Below are positions 18,084-26,578 of a stretch of 64,000 nt of DNA, piece after piece. The translations under genes were made by a program, and so were the position numbers. The notes below the pieces were generated by a model, which did not search any database, was not told the origin of the DNA, and saw only the letters and a program-made list of their open reading frames with translations. The stretch comes from a virus. How positions within the stretch are numbered: position 1 is the first letter of the stretch; the number at the start of each line of letters is the position of its first letter. The DNA lies in UHGV virus genome UHGV-0116877. One strand, written 5' to 3'.

Positions 18084-18173
18084 ATATAAAGGGCGGTTAT
18101 CATTGTATTTTTAATTCGGCGTCCGCCAACCCGAATGAAGGTTGAGTTATTGTCATTATACCTACAATATGAC

Positions 18174-18260
18174 TGGTGCGCCGTCTTGGAGTCGAACCAA
18201 GTGAGCCGTGAGGCAGGTGATTTACAGTCACCGCCGCTTCCACATACGGTATATCGACGC
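18174..18260 (-). tRNA. tRNA-Tyr(GTA)
   Basis: GGTGA-CTGTAAA-TCACC, long variable arm, CCA end. Confidence 0.9.
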
Positions 18261-18487
18261 GTATTACTCGATAACTTCCCATTCAATATCATTAACAATA
18301 TTCCTGTCAAGAGAAAGTTCAGCCATATCGTTATCGACAGCTTTTTCAATTTCTTCTATGGTAGAATTGTCAGAAACATAAATGGTTCTCAGAATTGTAA
18401 GACTGATTCCTATTTCCTTCATAGAAATTCTCCTCTCTTAACTTTCCATAAATATTATATCATACTTTCCATAGAAAGTCAAGATAT

Positions 18488-18838
18488 TCAATGACTAATA
18501 TTTTCCATTTTCTTCAAAGAGCATTCTCGACATCTCCATTGAGGCTCAGCATCACTTCTGTCGTATTTACCCCATTCGACAATTCGATAAACCAAATCTT
18601 CTTTACCGCAATCTATACAAGTTCCTTGCTGAATTTCCCATTTAGGAAGTTTAGCTTTCTTTCTAAAAATAAGTTTGTCAATCCAAAAAAAGATTAGTCC
18701 ACCTATTAAATTAGCAATAACAGTAGCCCAAAATTCTCCAAGGGAAGATAAATATATCAGAGCTATCGCCAAAATGGGCGTTGATAGTTGCCATCTTATT
18801 AAATAAAGCCCATACCTTTTAAAGAAATTCTTCTTCAT
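18488..18838 (-). CDS. membrane protein with C-terminal Zn finger
   Basis: two TM segments; CIDC...CREC. Confidence 0.8.
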   Translation of the reverse strand: MKKNFFKRYGLYLIRWQLSTPILAIALIYLSSLGEFWATVIANLIGGLIFFWIDKLIFRKKAKLPKWEIQQGTCIDCGKEDLVYRIVEWGKYDRSDAEPQWRCRECSLKKMENISH

Positions 18839-18857
18839 TTGCTCACCTTTAGATAAA

Positions 18858-19592
18858 TCAAATAGCTTGCCATTGTTCTTCTGTATACTTTTTAATATCA
18901 GAAGATTTAGAAGGAAGATTCATTGATTTACACCATTTCCTTATTGCATTATCTGAAACTCCGTACTTTTTACCAATAAATGTAAAAGTTGACTCTCTAA
19001 TCATTTTTTTTAATTCATTTCTTTCTGGTCTTTCTACCTTTTGTTGAGATAATCTAGCACATTCTTCACAACAATATTTTCTTTTACCAGTAAAATTTTT
19101 ACCGCAATTAGGACAAATATTTTCAGTTACTTTCTCTCTAATTGGATAAGCTAAATTAGGTAATCTACGAGATTTTCCAACATTGATATTTTGAATTGTA
19201 TTTTCATGAACATTAAATACTTTTGCTATTTCTTTTTGAGAAAGAGAAGTGTTTTTTAAAAGAGAGTAAATCCGATTTATGTCTTCATCAGAAAGCTTCA
19301 CAGGAAATGGAATACCTTTTACTCCACCTGGGATAGTGTTATATCCCTCTTCTATGGAGTTATAGAATCTAATCCAATAAGATTCTCTTTCATCTAATTC
19401 ATTAACAGGTACTTCCTCAACAATTTCAAAGAAAAAATTTTCTAGCCCATACTTTCTAATTGCTCTATAAAACTTATTATCAATATTTTCAAAATCTTTC
19501 TTATGACTTCTCCATCTTCTTTTAATATCAATAGATTGGCCAATATATACTTTTCCATTTATATTATTAGTGATTTTGTAAATTCCACACAT
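18858..19592 (-). CDS. GIY-YIG homing endonuclease with HTH/Zn domains
   Basis: CGIYKITN...YIGQS; C-terminal GVSDNAIRKWC shared with 11588-12142. Confidence 0.92.
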   Translation of the reverse strand: MCGIYKITNNINGKVYIGQSIDIKRRWRSHKKDFENIDNKFYRAIRKYGLENFFFEIVEEVPVNELDERESYWIRFYNSIEEGYNTIPGGVKGIPFPVKLSDEDINRIYSLLKNTSLSQKEIAKVFNVHENTIQNINVGKSRRLPNLAYPIREKVTENICPNCGKNFTGKRKYCCEECARLSQQKVERPERNELKKMIRESTFTFIGKKYGVSDNAIRKWCKSMNLPSKSSDIKKYTEEQWQAI

Positions 19593-19941
19593 TATCTCAC
19601 CTCTAACTATAAGTGAAAAAGAATATTAAAGGGTTCAAAATTTTGAACCCTTTAGTTTAAATAGGATTCACCGTGTGCGCCTAGGTCGCTTCAGTTCTTA
19701 TTGCGCAAATAAGAACTAAGGGGCACGGCTACTTTACTCCCTATTTTACTAATTGTAATTACTCTTGGACAATTAACAAACCGCACTAGGTCGAGGTTAA
19801 GGACACACCTAGAAATCCTTTCTCTATTTTAAAGAGAAGCTATCTCTTTCAGCATAGATACTGGGAAGTTTTGCGTAAGCTAGGAGCCAGAATATCTCTG
19901 GTTAGTATTTGCTAAATACCATCTTTACTTCCAAACCTGCT

Positions 19942-20036
19942 TGGCGGAGATATTCAGATTTGAACTGAAACGCCGCATTACTACGACTACTGGCGGTTTA
20001 GCAAACCGCTGCCTTACCAATTAGGCTTATATCTCC
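19942..20036 (-). tRNA. tRNA-Ser(GCT)
   Basis: GCGGT-TTGCTAA-ACCGC, long variable arm, CCA end. Confidence 0.92.
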
Positions 20037-20498
20037 GTATTATTCCCAACCACCATAATCAATCCAAGTTATTCCATTTTTATCTGCAAACTCTATTGCT
20101 TCATCCTCATTATTGAAAGTAAATGCGCCAAATAAAGTAAAAACTATACTCATAAAATACCTTCTTAAAAAGAAATGAATGAGTATTGCGAATGTGCCCT
20201 CACTCACGGCGCCCCTCGATTTTGTATTTTGATATGCACCCAACGGCGGCCACCCGGTGCAGAGGCTAGTTTAGGGTTAAAGTCGCGGATAACTAGCAAA
20301 TTCGACTTTGGCAGGCAGCTCTTATATCGCGCGACGAATCGCTTCGCCTATTTTCTCTTGCTTGTTTTCCAAAAGAAAATATACCCAGGCGCTATCAGAG
20401 TTTCACTGAATTTCATTTCTTGTTTGCAACCAATACTTTGAAATCTAATTAACAAGTACCCTGCTAAGGGGTTGGTAAAATAATTTATATAAATTTAA

Positions 20499-21143
20499 TT
20501 ATTTCCAAATAAAACCACAACAAGTTTTTCTTTCTCCTTTTTGAACTCTCCCTATATTAGTTCCTAAAGAAGAAGGCTTACTTTTTGAATACCCATTTTC
20601 TACGAGCCAACGTCCAGCTTCTATTTGAGAAGAAAATTCTTTGAGAACTTCTCCTGTGTTTTTATCACACATAAAAGTATCTTCTCCCAATCTTTCTGCG
20701 ATATTTTGATAAGCATCTATGTTGCTATTTTTTAAACATTTCGTAACTACTTTCTTATCACATTCAAAATATTCTGCAATTTCTTTAACTAGCATACCGT
20801 CTTGAAATTTTTCAAGTATCTTTTCATAATCGTATAGAACTTTTCCATCTCCGCCCAAAGTAGCATTATATCCATTATGATAAGAATTATAATATTCTAT
20901 CCAAAAAATTTCTCGTTCAGATAGAATCTTATAATCGCATTCTTCTATTTCTTCTACAAAGAAATTCTCTTCTCCATATTTTTTAATAGCATCATACAAA
21001 GGACGCTTTGAAGACCTTTCTTTCTGACTTTCTTTAAGATGCTCTTTCCATCTGTCTTCTATTGTCGAAAGTGTTTTCCCAATATAAATTTTCCCATTAA
21101 GTTTATTAGTTATCTTATAAATAAAACCAGTCATTATTCTCAC
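20499..21143 (-). CDS. GIY-YIG homing endonuclease
   Basis: close paralog of 13330-13995 (GYNATLGGDGKVLYDY shared). Confidence 0.92.
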   Translation of the reverse strand: MRIMTGFIYKITNKLNGKIYIGKTLSTIEDRWKEHLKESQKERSSKRPLYDAIKKYGEENFFVEEIEECDYKILSEREIFWIEYYNSYHNGYNATLGGDGKVLYDYEKILEKFQDGMLVKEIAEYFECDKKVVTKCLKNSNIDAYQNIAERLGEDTFMCDKNTGEVLKEFSSQIEAGRWLVENGYSKSKPSSLGTNIGRVQKGERKTCCGFIWK

Positions 21144-21200
21144 CTCTAATTATAAGTGAGAATTTTGGCGGAAGATTATAAAAAATTCCGCCAAAATTTA

Positions 21201-21293
21201 TGGCGGGAGATGTCAGACTCGAACTGACACACCAGTTGCCCGATTACTCCGAGTTTTCAAGACTCGTCCCTTACCAGTTAGGGTTAATCTCCC
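21201..21293 (-). tRNA. tRNA-Ser(TGA)
   Basis: CGAGT-CTTGAAA-ACTCG, long variable arm, CCA end. Confidence 0.92.
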
Positions 21294-21390
21294 ACATATA
21301 AACTGGGCCGTCATACCCAGTATATGCCTTATGACTTCTCTACCTGATGACGCAGGTGCATAAGTACCTCGGTTTTTCAAGGCCAAGGGT

Positions 21391-21463
21391 TGGTACCAGT
21401 AGATAGAATCGGACTATCTTGTAATCGCTTATGAAGCGACACCGCATACCAATGCTTACTGGT
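21391..21463 (-). tRNA. tRNA(CAT), Met or Ile2, shortened D-arm
   Basis: GTCGC-TTCATAA-GCGAT, CCA end. Confidence 0.7.
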
Positions 21464-21539
21464 ATATAGTAGAAGTAAGCCCACCCACTCTTGCTTCTAT
21501 AGAGAGACTCATTCCGGAAACTTCTCTCTTCCTCAAAAT

Positions 21540-21614
21540 TGGTAGGGCATCACGGAGACGAGCCGTGGTCGCCGGTTTATAAGACCGGTGCACTAACCGT
21601 TGTGCTAATGCCCA
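21540..21614 (-). tRNA. tRNA-Ile(TAT)
   Basis: CCGGT-CTTATAA-ACCGG, CCA end. Confidence 0.85.
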
Positions 21615-21852
21615 GTATCTACTACCAACCAAGAGAAGATACCCATTGCTCAAGACGAATATCGTTGCTCGACAATGTCCACACCTTCAGTCCACACCTT
21701 TCTTCTCCTGACGGTAGTATCTACCAAATAGTCCAGCCAATACAGATTTCTCTGCCGCCATAGGCTCCGTCTCCTCAGTAAGAAGGATTATCAACCAAAC
21801 TATCGTATCTATAATTTGCCTATGTCTACATAATAATATCCGCTTACTCGGA

Positions 21853-21929
21853 TGGAGCACGATACTAGATTTGAACTAGTGAATAGACGGGTTGCGGCCG
21901 CCCGCGTTGGGCCTCTTCGCCAATCGTGC
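21853..21929 (-). tRNA. tRNA-Cys(GCA)
   Basis: GGCGG-CCGCAAC-CCGTC, U discriminator, CCA end. Confidence 0.88.
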
Positions 21930-21974
21930 ATAGTGGTGAGCGTGGAGAGGCTCGAACTCTCGACCACTTGATTA

Positions 21975-22579
21975 CTTTACCACATCGTTTTCACATTGTG
22001 GTCTGGACTTTCTCTTAGCCATATCAAATATTTGACTTAGGCTCACCGTGTAAAGTCTCTACACATAGAGTTTTATCAAATGAATATTCTTCAATTAGAT
22101 TAACATTAGAAGCATTGTTTAGAGGTTTTGTCTTTCTGAAATTTATAACTTTTTTATTTCCAATCACAGAAATTGGAACTAATAATGAACAATCCCATTC
22201 TGCTAAATAAAAAGCTATATAATCAACATCGTTTTCATAAGTAGATAATCCTTTGTTAGTTGTATGATTTTTACTGCTGGCACACGGGCAAGGAATAGAT
22301 TCATTTTCTGTAATTTTTTGATTACAATATTTTACTTGAATCTTATTTAATCTTCCGTTAAATTCTGCAATTAAATCATATCTAGCATTATCTCCAAATG
22401 GAATTGATACCTGAATATTTCTTTTGACAAACTCACTTAAAACGATGGCTTCTCCAATATTTCCCTTATCTTTACTATTCATTAAACTCCTTGCTCGGGA
22501 TTAGCATATCAAAGACTTAGCTTTCCCCGAATTAGCGGTGTTTTCACTTATAGATTTCTCTATAAGGCTTCTAATTTTA
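21975..22579 (-). mobile_element. group I intron (605 nt) with homing endonuclease ORF
   Basis: U-G P1 at the 5' splice site, AATTCGGGGAAA and GCTAATCCCGAG (P/Q), GTAGAGACT and AAGAGAAAGTCC (R/S), terminal G. Confidence 0.9.
22024..22482 (-). CDS. group I intron-associated PD-(D/E)XK endonuclease
   Basis: KGNIGE...PFGDNARYDLI...KIQVK; 3' end runs through the intron core. Confidence 0.9.
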   Translation of the reverse strand: MNSKDKGNIGEAIVLSEFVKRNIQVSIPFGDNARYDLIAEFNGRLNKIQVKYCNQKITENESIPCPCASSKNHTTNKGLSTYENDVDYIAFYLAEWDCSLLVPISVIGNKKVINFRKTKPLNNASNVNLIEEYSFDKTLCVETLHGEPKSNI

Positions 22580-22624
22580 AAAGTCAAGTGCTCTACCAAC
22601 TGAGCTACACGCTCATATAGAAAA

Positions 22625-22846
22625 CTATTTAGAATAGTTTTCTCTTTCATACTGCTCATTCATAAGAATTCTATACTTTGTTTCTGAAAGTCGCTTCTTT
22701 CTTCGTCCACATTTAGGACAATAGATATAATATTCGCTCCGTCCTCCTATGTCATGGACTAATTCATCAAAAGAAGGATATAGCTTTTTCTCCAATGTTA
22801 GAACCCAATGATGATTACACTTCTTAAATAACAAACTCATCACCAT
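22625..22846 (-). CDS. small Zn-binding hypothetical protein
   Basis: CNHHW...CPKCG. Confidence 0.65.
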   Translation of the reverse strand: MVMSLLFKKCNHHWVLTLEKKLYPSFDELVHDIGGRSEYYIYCPKCGRRKKRLSETKYRILMNEQYERENYSK

Positions 22847-23186
22847 TCCATTGCTGACTGAACAAGAAACCGCTCAAGAACATTTCATAAGCGATTTTCC
22901 TTTCTTTTGGAGTAAAAAGACGACGATTTCTTTGCTCAATTTGAGCAATTTTATCATCAATTTTAGCGTTCAAATCTACAGATTCATTGATTTGATACAT
23001 CTTTTATCATCCTTTCTGTCTGTTCATCAGCTTTCTTACTGGATGTTAGTAACGCAAGAACAAAAGTTAATACTGGGGCGCCTATTAAAATTCCTACTAA
23101 AAATCCAAGCCAAAACATTCTCCTTTCCTCCTTAACTTTCTATATTTATTATAGCACACTAAAGGAGAAAAGTCAAGATAAATAAA

Positions 23187-23261
23187 TGGTGGGCAAGAGG
23201 GCGCTCGAATCCCTATCTGCGGATTTTCAGTCCGCCACTCTACCATTTAAGTTACCTGCCC
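23187..23261 (-). tRNA. tRNA-Phe(GAA)
   Basis: GCGGA-CTGAAAA-TCCGC, CCA end. Confidence 0.92.
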
Positions 23262-23391
23262 ATATAAATATGCCATATGAAACTCCTACCACTGACATGA
23301 GGCCCATATTCATTTATATACCGCACCTCGTCGTTTCTATCAGAGATAGACGGAACCGTCGTTCTGGGAGTATGGCCATCCGTGCGGTTAC

Positions 23392-23469
23392 TGGCACGCC
23401 AGACAGGACTCGAACCTGCAAACCTACTGCTTAGAAGGCAGTTGCTCTCTCCTATTGAGCTACTGGCGT
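23392..23469 (-). tRNA. tRNA-Arg(TCT)
   Basis: ACTGC-CTTCTAA-GCAGT, CCA end. Confidence 0.92.
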
Positions 23470-23487
23470 ATATAATAAAAGACAGAC

Positions 23488-23628
23488 CTATTTGCCTGCC
23501 CTTTTCTTAGCTTTTCTCGCTTCCTCAAGTGCAATGGCTTGAGCCTGTTTCGGAGGATAACCTGCCGCAATAAGCTCTTTAATATTTTCTTCGATTGTTT
23601 TTGGACTATATCCTTTCTTTAACGGCAT
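23488..23628 (-). CDS. small basic phage protein
   Basis: [19 protein letters not shown]...[12 protein letters not shown], a pattern common in phages. Confidence 0.8.
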   Translation of the reverse strand: MPLKKGYSPKTIEENIKELIAAGYPPKQAQAIALEEARKAKKRAGK

Positions 23629-23855
23629 TTTCTCAACTCCATAATTTATTAAACTGTGCTCGGTGCAAGGCTTTCCACCCTGCTTGCTGGTTTGGTAGCG
23701 GTACTTCACACTCACGAGAAATTTTACAGGCATCCATCAAGTAAGCTCAAATCTCTTACTCCGTGCCTAACCTTACGGAATTTGTTTCCACAGACGATAG
23801 AATATATGTCTTAACCATATAGGGATTCGGGCATATATTCCCTTTTCCGAGCTAA

Positions 23856-23931
23856 TGGTTGGGATAAACAGAATCGAACTGTTGACGCCGGCGTTATCAG
23901 CACCGTGCTCTACCTACTGAGCTATATCCCA
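23856..23931 (-). tRNA. tRNA-Ile(GAT)
   Basis: CGGTG-CTGATAA-CGCCG, CCA end. Confidence 0.92.
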
Positions 23932-24043
23932 ATATCTACGAGGGTGGTCAATCCTCGAAAATACCCGCATCGACCTCTCGATAGTTTTTTCTCATGCGGA
24001 ACTATCATAGCCTTTACCACAATTCTCTCGAAAGGCAAGAGCC

Positions 24044-24118
24044 TGGCTGGGATGGCTGGACTCGAACCAACTCTGCATGAGTCAAAGTCATGTGTCCTAC
24101 CGATTAGACGACATCCCA
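24044..24118 (-). tRNA. tRNA-Gln(TTG)
   Basis: CATGA-CTTTGAC-TCATG, CCA end. Confidence 0.92.
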
Positions 24119-24213
24119 ATATCTAAGCAGGTTTTAACCGTGGCTCAAAGAGTCGAACTTCTCGCCGCCAGAGTCGAACTGGGCTTACCTGCGGGATAAC
24201 CGTTATCCTCTAA

Positions 24214-24289
24214 TGGAGCACTCGACAGAAGTTGAATCTGCAACCTACGCATTACTAGTGCGTTGCTCTGCCTGTTGAGCTACGAGTGC
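24214..24289 (-). tRNA. tRNA-Thr(AGT)
   Basis: ACGCA-CTAGTAA-TGCGT, CCA end. Confidence 0.9.
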
Positions 24290-24292
24290 AAA

Positions 24293-24369
24293 TGGAGGTC
24301 AAGGTGAGACTCCAACTCACGGTCTATCGCTTACAAGGCGATTGCTTTAAGCAACTAAGCTACTTGACC
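24293..24369 (-). tRNA. tRNA-Thr(TGT)
   Basis: ATCGC-CTTGTAA-GCGAT, CCA end. Confidence 0.88.
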
Positions 24370-24415
24370 ATTTAGATATAGATAAGTATAAATAATACTT
24401 ATCTCTCTAAAAATT

Positions 24416-24490
24416 TGGCACCCCGACTTCGACTTTCACGAAGAACTCACGGTTTTGGAGACCGGTATTTTAATATTAAACTATCGGGAT
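24416..24490 (-). tRNA. tRNA-Trp(CCA), divergent D/T loops
   Basis: CGGT-CTCCAAA-ACCG; T-loop TGAAAGT; CCA end. Confidence 0.75.
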
Positions 24491-24567
24491 TGGTACGGGT
24501 GACAGGAGTTGAACCTGCAAAACCTTGAGCCTAAATCAAGTGCCTATGCCAATTCGGCTACACCCGC
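24491..24567 (-). tRNA. tRNA-Leu(TAG), short variable loop
   Basis: CTTGA-TTTAGGC-TCAAG, CCA end. Confidence 0.9.
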
Positions 24568-24570
24568 ATA

Positions 24571-24774
24571 TTAAAGAGGATTATTGAACCTATTAGGGAA
24601 CAAGCTAGAAATAATCATGTCTGCATAAATATTTGCACAAACTTCTCTTGAGAATTCATCTGGATTTCCAACTTCAAGCAATTTAGTATTCTCCTTTATT
24701 GCTTGAGTTAAGGCGGCGAGAGCAGATAATGTCTTTTCGCCAAATTCAATAGTATGTTTTATTTCATTATCCAA
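24571..24774 (-). CDS. hypothetical protein
   Basis: GGAGGGAG RBS, TTG start. Confidence 0.65.
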   Translation of the reverse strand: MDNEIKHTIEFGEKTLSALAALTQAIKENTKLLEVGNPDEFSREVCANIYADMIISSLFPNRFNNPL

Positions 24775-24796
24775 TTCTCTCCCTCCATAGTAGTGA

Positions 24797-24871
24797 TGGC
24801 ATCCCCTAGAAGACTTGAACTCCTATCTCAGCATCCGTAGTGCTATGTTCTTTCCATTAAACTAAGGGGAT
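24797..24871 (-). tRNA. tRNA-Arg(ACG)
   Basis: TAGCA-CTACGGA-TGCTG, CCA end. Confidence 0.9.
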
Positions 24872-24877
24872 AAATAA

Positions 24878-24955
24878 TGGTGGAGCTTATGAGAATCGAA
24901 CTCATCTGATTTTCTCCTTGCAAAAGAGATGACCACCCATGCAGTCCCAAGCCCC
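24878..24955 (-). tRNA. tRNA-Ala(TGC)
   Basis: G3-U70 pair; TCTCT-TTTGCAA-GGAGA, CCA end. Confidence 0.9.
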
Positions 24956-25084
24956 AGATATCTCCAACTAGGCAGTAGTTGGCACTGGCGTAACATACTC
25001 CACGTAACGTATACGCTATAAGTCTCACGGAACTCATCCCTCGCCTTGTCGTCGGCTAATCTTAAAACCCTCCGTGAAGGGGAC

Positions 25085-25161
25085 TGGTAGGGCGCGTGGG
25101 ATTCGAACCCACACCTGTCAGAATTTTAAGTTCTGTTTCTCTGCCGTTGGAATACCGCCCC
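25085..25161 (-). tRNA. tRNA-Leu(TAA), short variable loop
   Basis: CAGAA-CTTAAAA-TTCTG, CCA end. Confidence 0.9.
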
Positions 25162-25236
25162 ATAGAGAGTGGTTAAAAGATTTATCTCTTAACCACTATA
25201 AATATTATACCATACTAAGCCATAAAAGTCAATATT

Positions 25237-25971
25237 TTATTTGAAGTAAATAATCGATACTTCTCCAGTTTTCTTATCTCTCAGCATAATGCGATAAGTG
25301 CAATACTCCCTATTTGTAGGAAGAGAAATCTTTATTTCATGGTTAATTGCTCTTGCTGCACTTGAAAAGATTCCAGTATCTTCCATTTCCTCAAACATAC
25401 TACGATAGATAACACAGTAAGCCATAAACTGGTCTTTTACACTAAGCTCTTCAAGAGAATTTCCCTTAGATAAAAACAGATTAAGGACTTTCTCCTTATC
25501 ATAAGTGTCGTAATCTACAAAGTCAGCAAAAACATGGACTTTCTGATGATTCTTTTTAGACTCAACTACCCAAGGATGGTCATCAATTTCTTTAGTGTCT
25601 TCTGTAAAGAAAGCCTCTTCGCCGCTAACATACGCAGGAGGGAAAAGAGATTCAATATCGTGAAGAGAGTTCTTTACCGCAGGAATATCGTTGTTGAGAA
25701 TCTTCTCCAAAAGTCCCAAAACTTCCTGGATGTCTTCTTTTCCAACCTCGCCTTTATCGAACTTTTCTTCAAGAGTTTGCATACTATATGCTTCATCAAG
25801 CATTTGGTAGGCTTGGCTGCCAGGATTAGCTTTACCACAAAGCTTAAACTCTCCTGTCTCTCTGTTAAACTCAATTCTGTCACTCTCAGGACTTATGCCA
25901 AAACTAGCAAGAAAATTTTCGTTCATAAAATATCTCCTTTTCTCATTTTCTATAATTATTATATCATACAA
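25237..25971 (-). CDS. acidic hypothetical protein
   Basis: long ORF; likely start MNENF after AGGAG. Confidence 0.8.
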   Translation of the reverse strand: MYDIIIIENEKRRYFMNENFLASFGISPESDRIEFNRETGEFKLCGKANPGSQAYQMLDEAYSMQTLEEKFDKGEVGKEDIQEVLGLLEKILNNDIPAVKNSLHDIESLFPPAYVSGEEAFFTEDTKEIDDHPWVVESKKNHQKVHVFADFVDYDTYDKEKVLNLFLSKGNSLEELSVKDQFMAYCVIYRSMFEEMEDTGIFSSAARAINHEIKISLPTNREYCTYRIMLRDKKTGEVSIIYFK

Positions 25972-25982
25972 TTATAAAAAAG

Positions 25983-26549
25983 TCAATCATTTTTATCTCT
26001 GGTTAAATAACCAAAATAAGTACCATCTAATGAAGTGTAACCCACATAACCACTCCAATTAAAATGATAATCGGCTCTAAAAAACCGAACATATGGCGGC
26101 AAAACGCTTCCGTTTTTCACCACATAATCCACCGCTTCGTAGTTTTGTTCTGTCGGTGTTGTTCTATACAAAAGAGATGCAGGGGTAAATTGTCCTTTTG
26201 CATAAACAATATCTGATAAGGAAGTTCCTTCTCCTACGGCATCATACCTATTAAATATAACAGATACTACCATTTTCTGACACTCTAAACTCGCCGCTCC
26301 GGCTTCTCGGTATAATAGTCGTGCTATCATTTCTCTCTCAACGCTTGTGATATTGTAGTGGTTTTTTGGCTCCACTTCAATATAGACTTCTGATACGACT
26401 TCTTTCTCAACTTCTACTATAACTTCTTTTTCCGTAGTAATTTCCTTTATCTGCGGATATCGCTCTAATCTATCTACATAAATAAGAGCAATTAGGGTAA
26501 TTCCAATACAAAGAAATGCAATTATTTTTTTTAACTTCTTAACTTTCAT
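25983..26549 (-). CDS. SleB/CwlJ-like cell wall hydrolase (Hydrolase_2) with N-terminal TM
   Basis: IARLLYREAG...VVSVIFNR...IVYAKGQF. Confidence 0.88.
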   Translation of the reverse strand: MKVKKLKKIIAFLCIGITLIALIYVDRLERYPQIKEITTEKEVIVEVEKEVVSEVYIEVEPKNHYNITSVEREMIARLLYREAGAASLECQKMVVSVIFNRYDAVGEGTSLSDIVYAKGQFTPASLLYRTTPTEQNYEAVDYVVKNGSVLPPYVRFFRADYHFNWSGYVGYTSLDGTYFGYLTRDKND

Positions 26550-26578
26550 TAACTTCCATTAGAGAAGTTTTGAGAAAG

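Larger units (their letters stand above)
21934..22614 (-). tRNA. tRNA-Lys(TTT) split by a group I intron (exons 22580-22614 and 21934-21974)
   Basis: joining GAGCGTGTAGCTCAGTTGGTAGAGCACTTGACTTT + TAATCAAGTGGTCGAGAGTTCGAGCCTCTCCACGCTCACCA gives a canonical tRNA. Confidence 0.92.

Noticed and set aside
21344..21390. Hammerhead-like CTGATGA (also CTGACGA near 8337)
   Set aside because: No correctly placed GAAA or stems I-III, and it is on the strand opposite the local transcription.
23780..23800. Possible tRNA-His (CTGTGGA loop)
   Set aside because: No pairing anticodon stem or cloverleaf.
11013..25037. Short ORFs overlapping tRNAs (11352, 12490, 13998, 18074, 21456, 23186, 23905, 23922, 24843)
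   Set aside because: They are translations of tRNA or ncRNA sequence.
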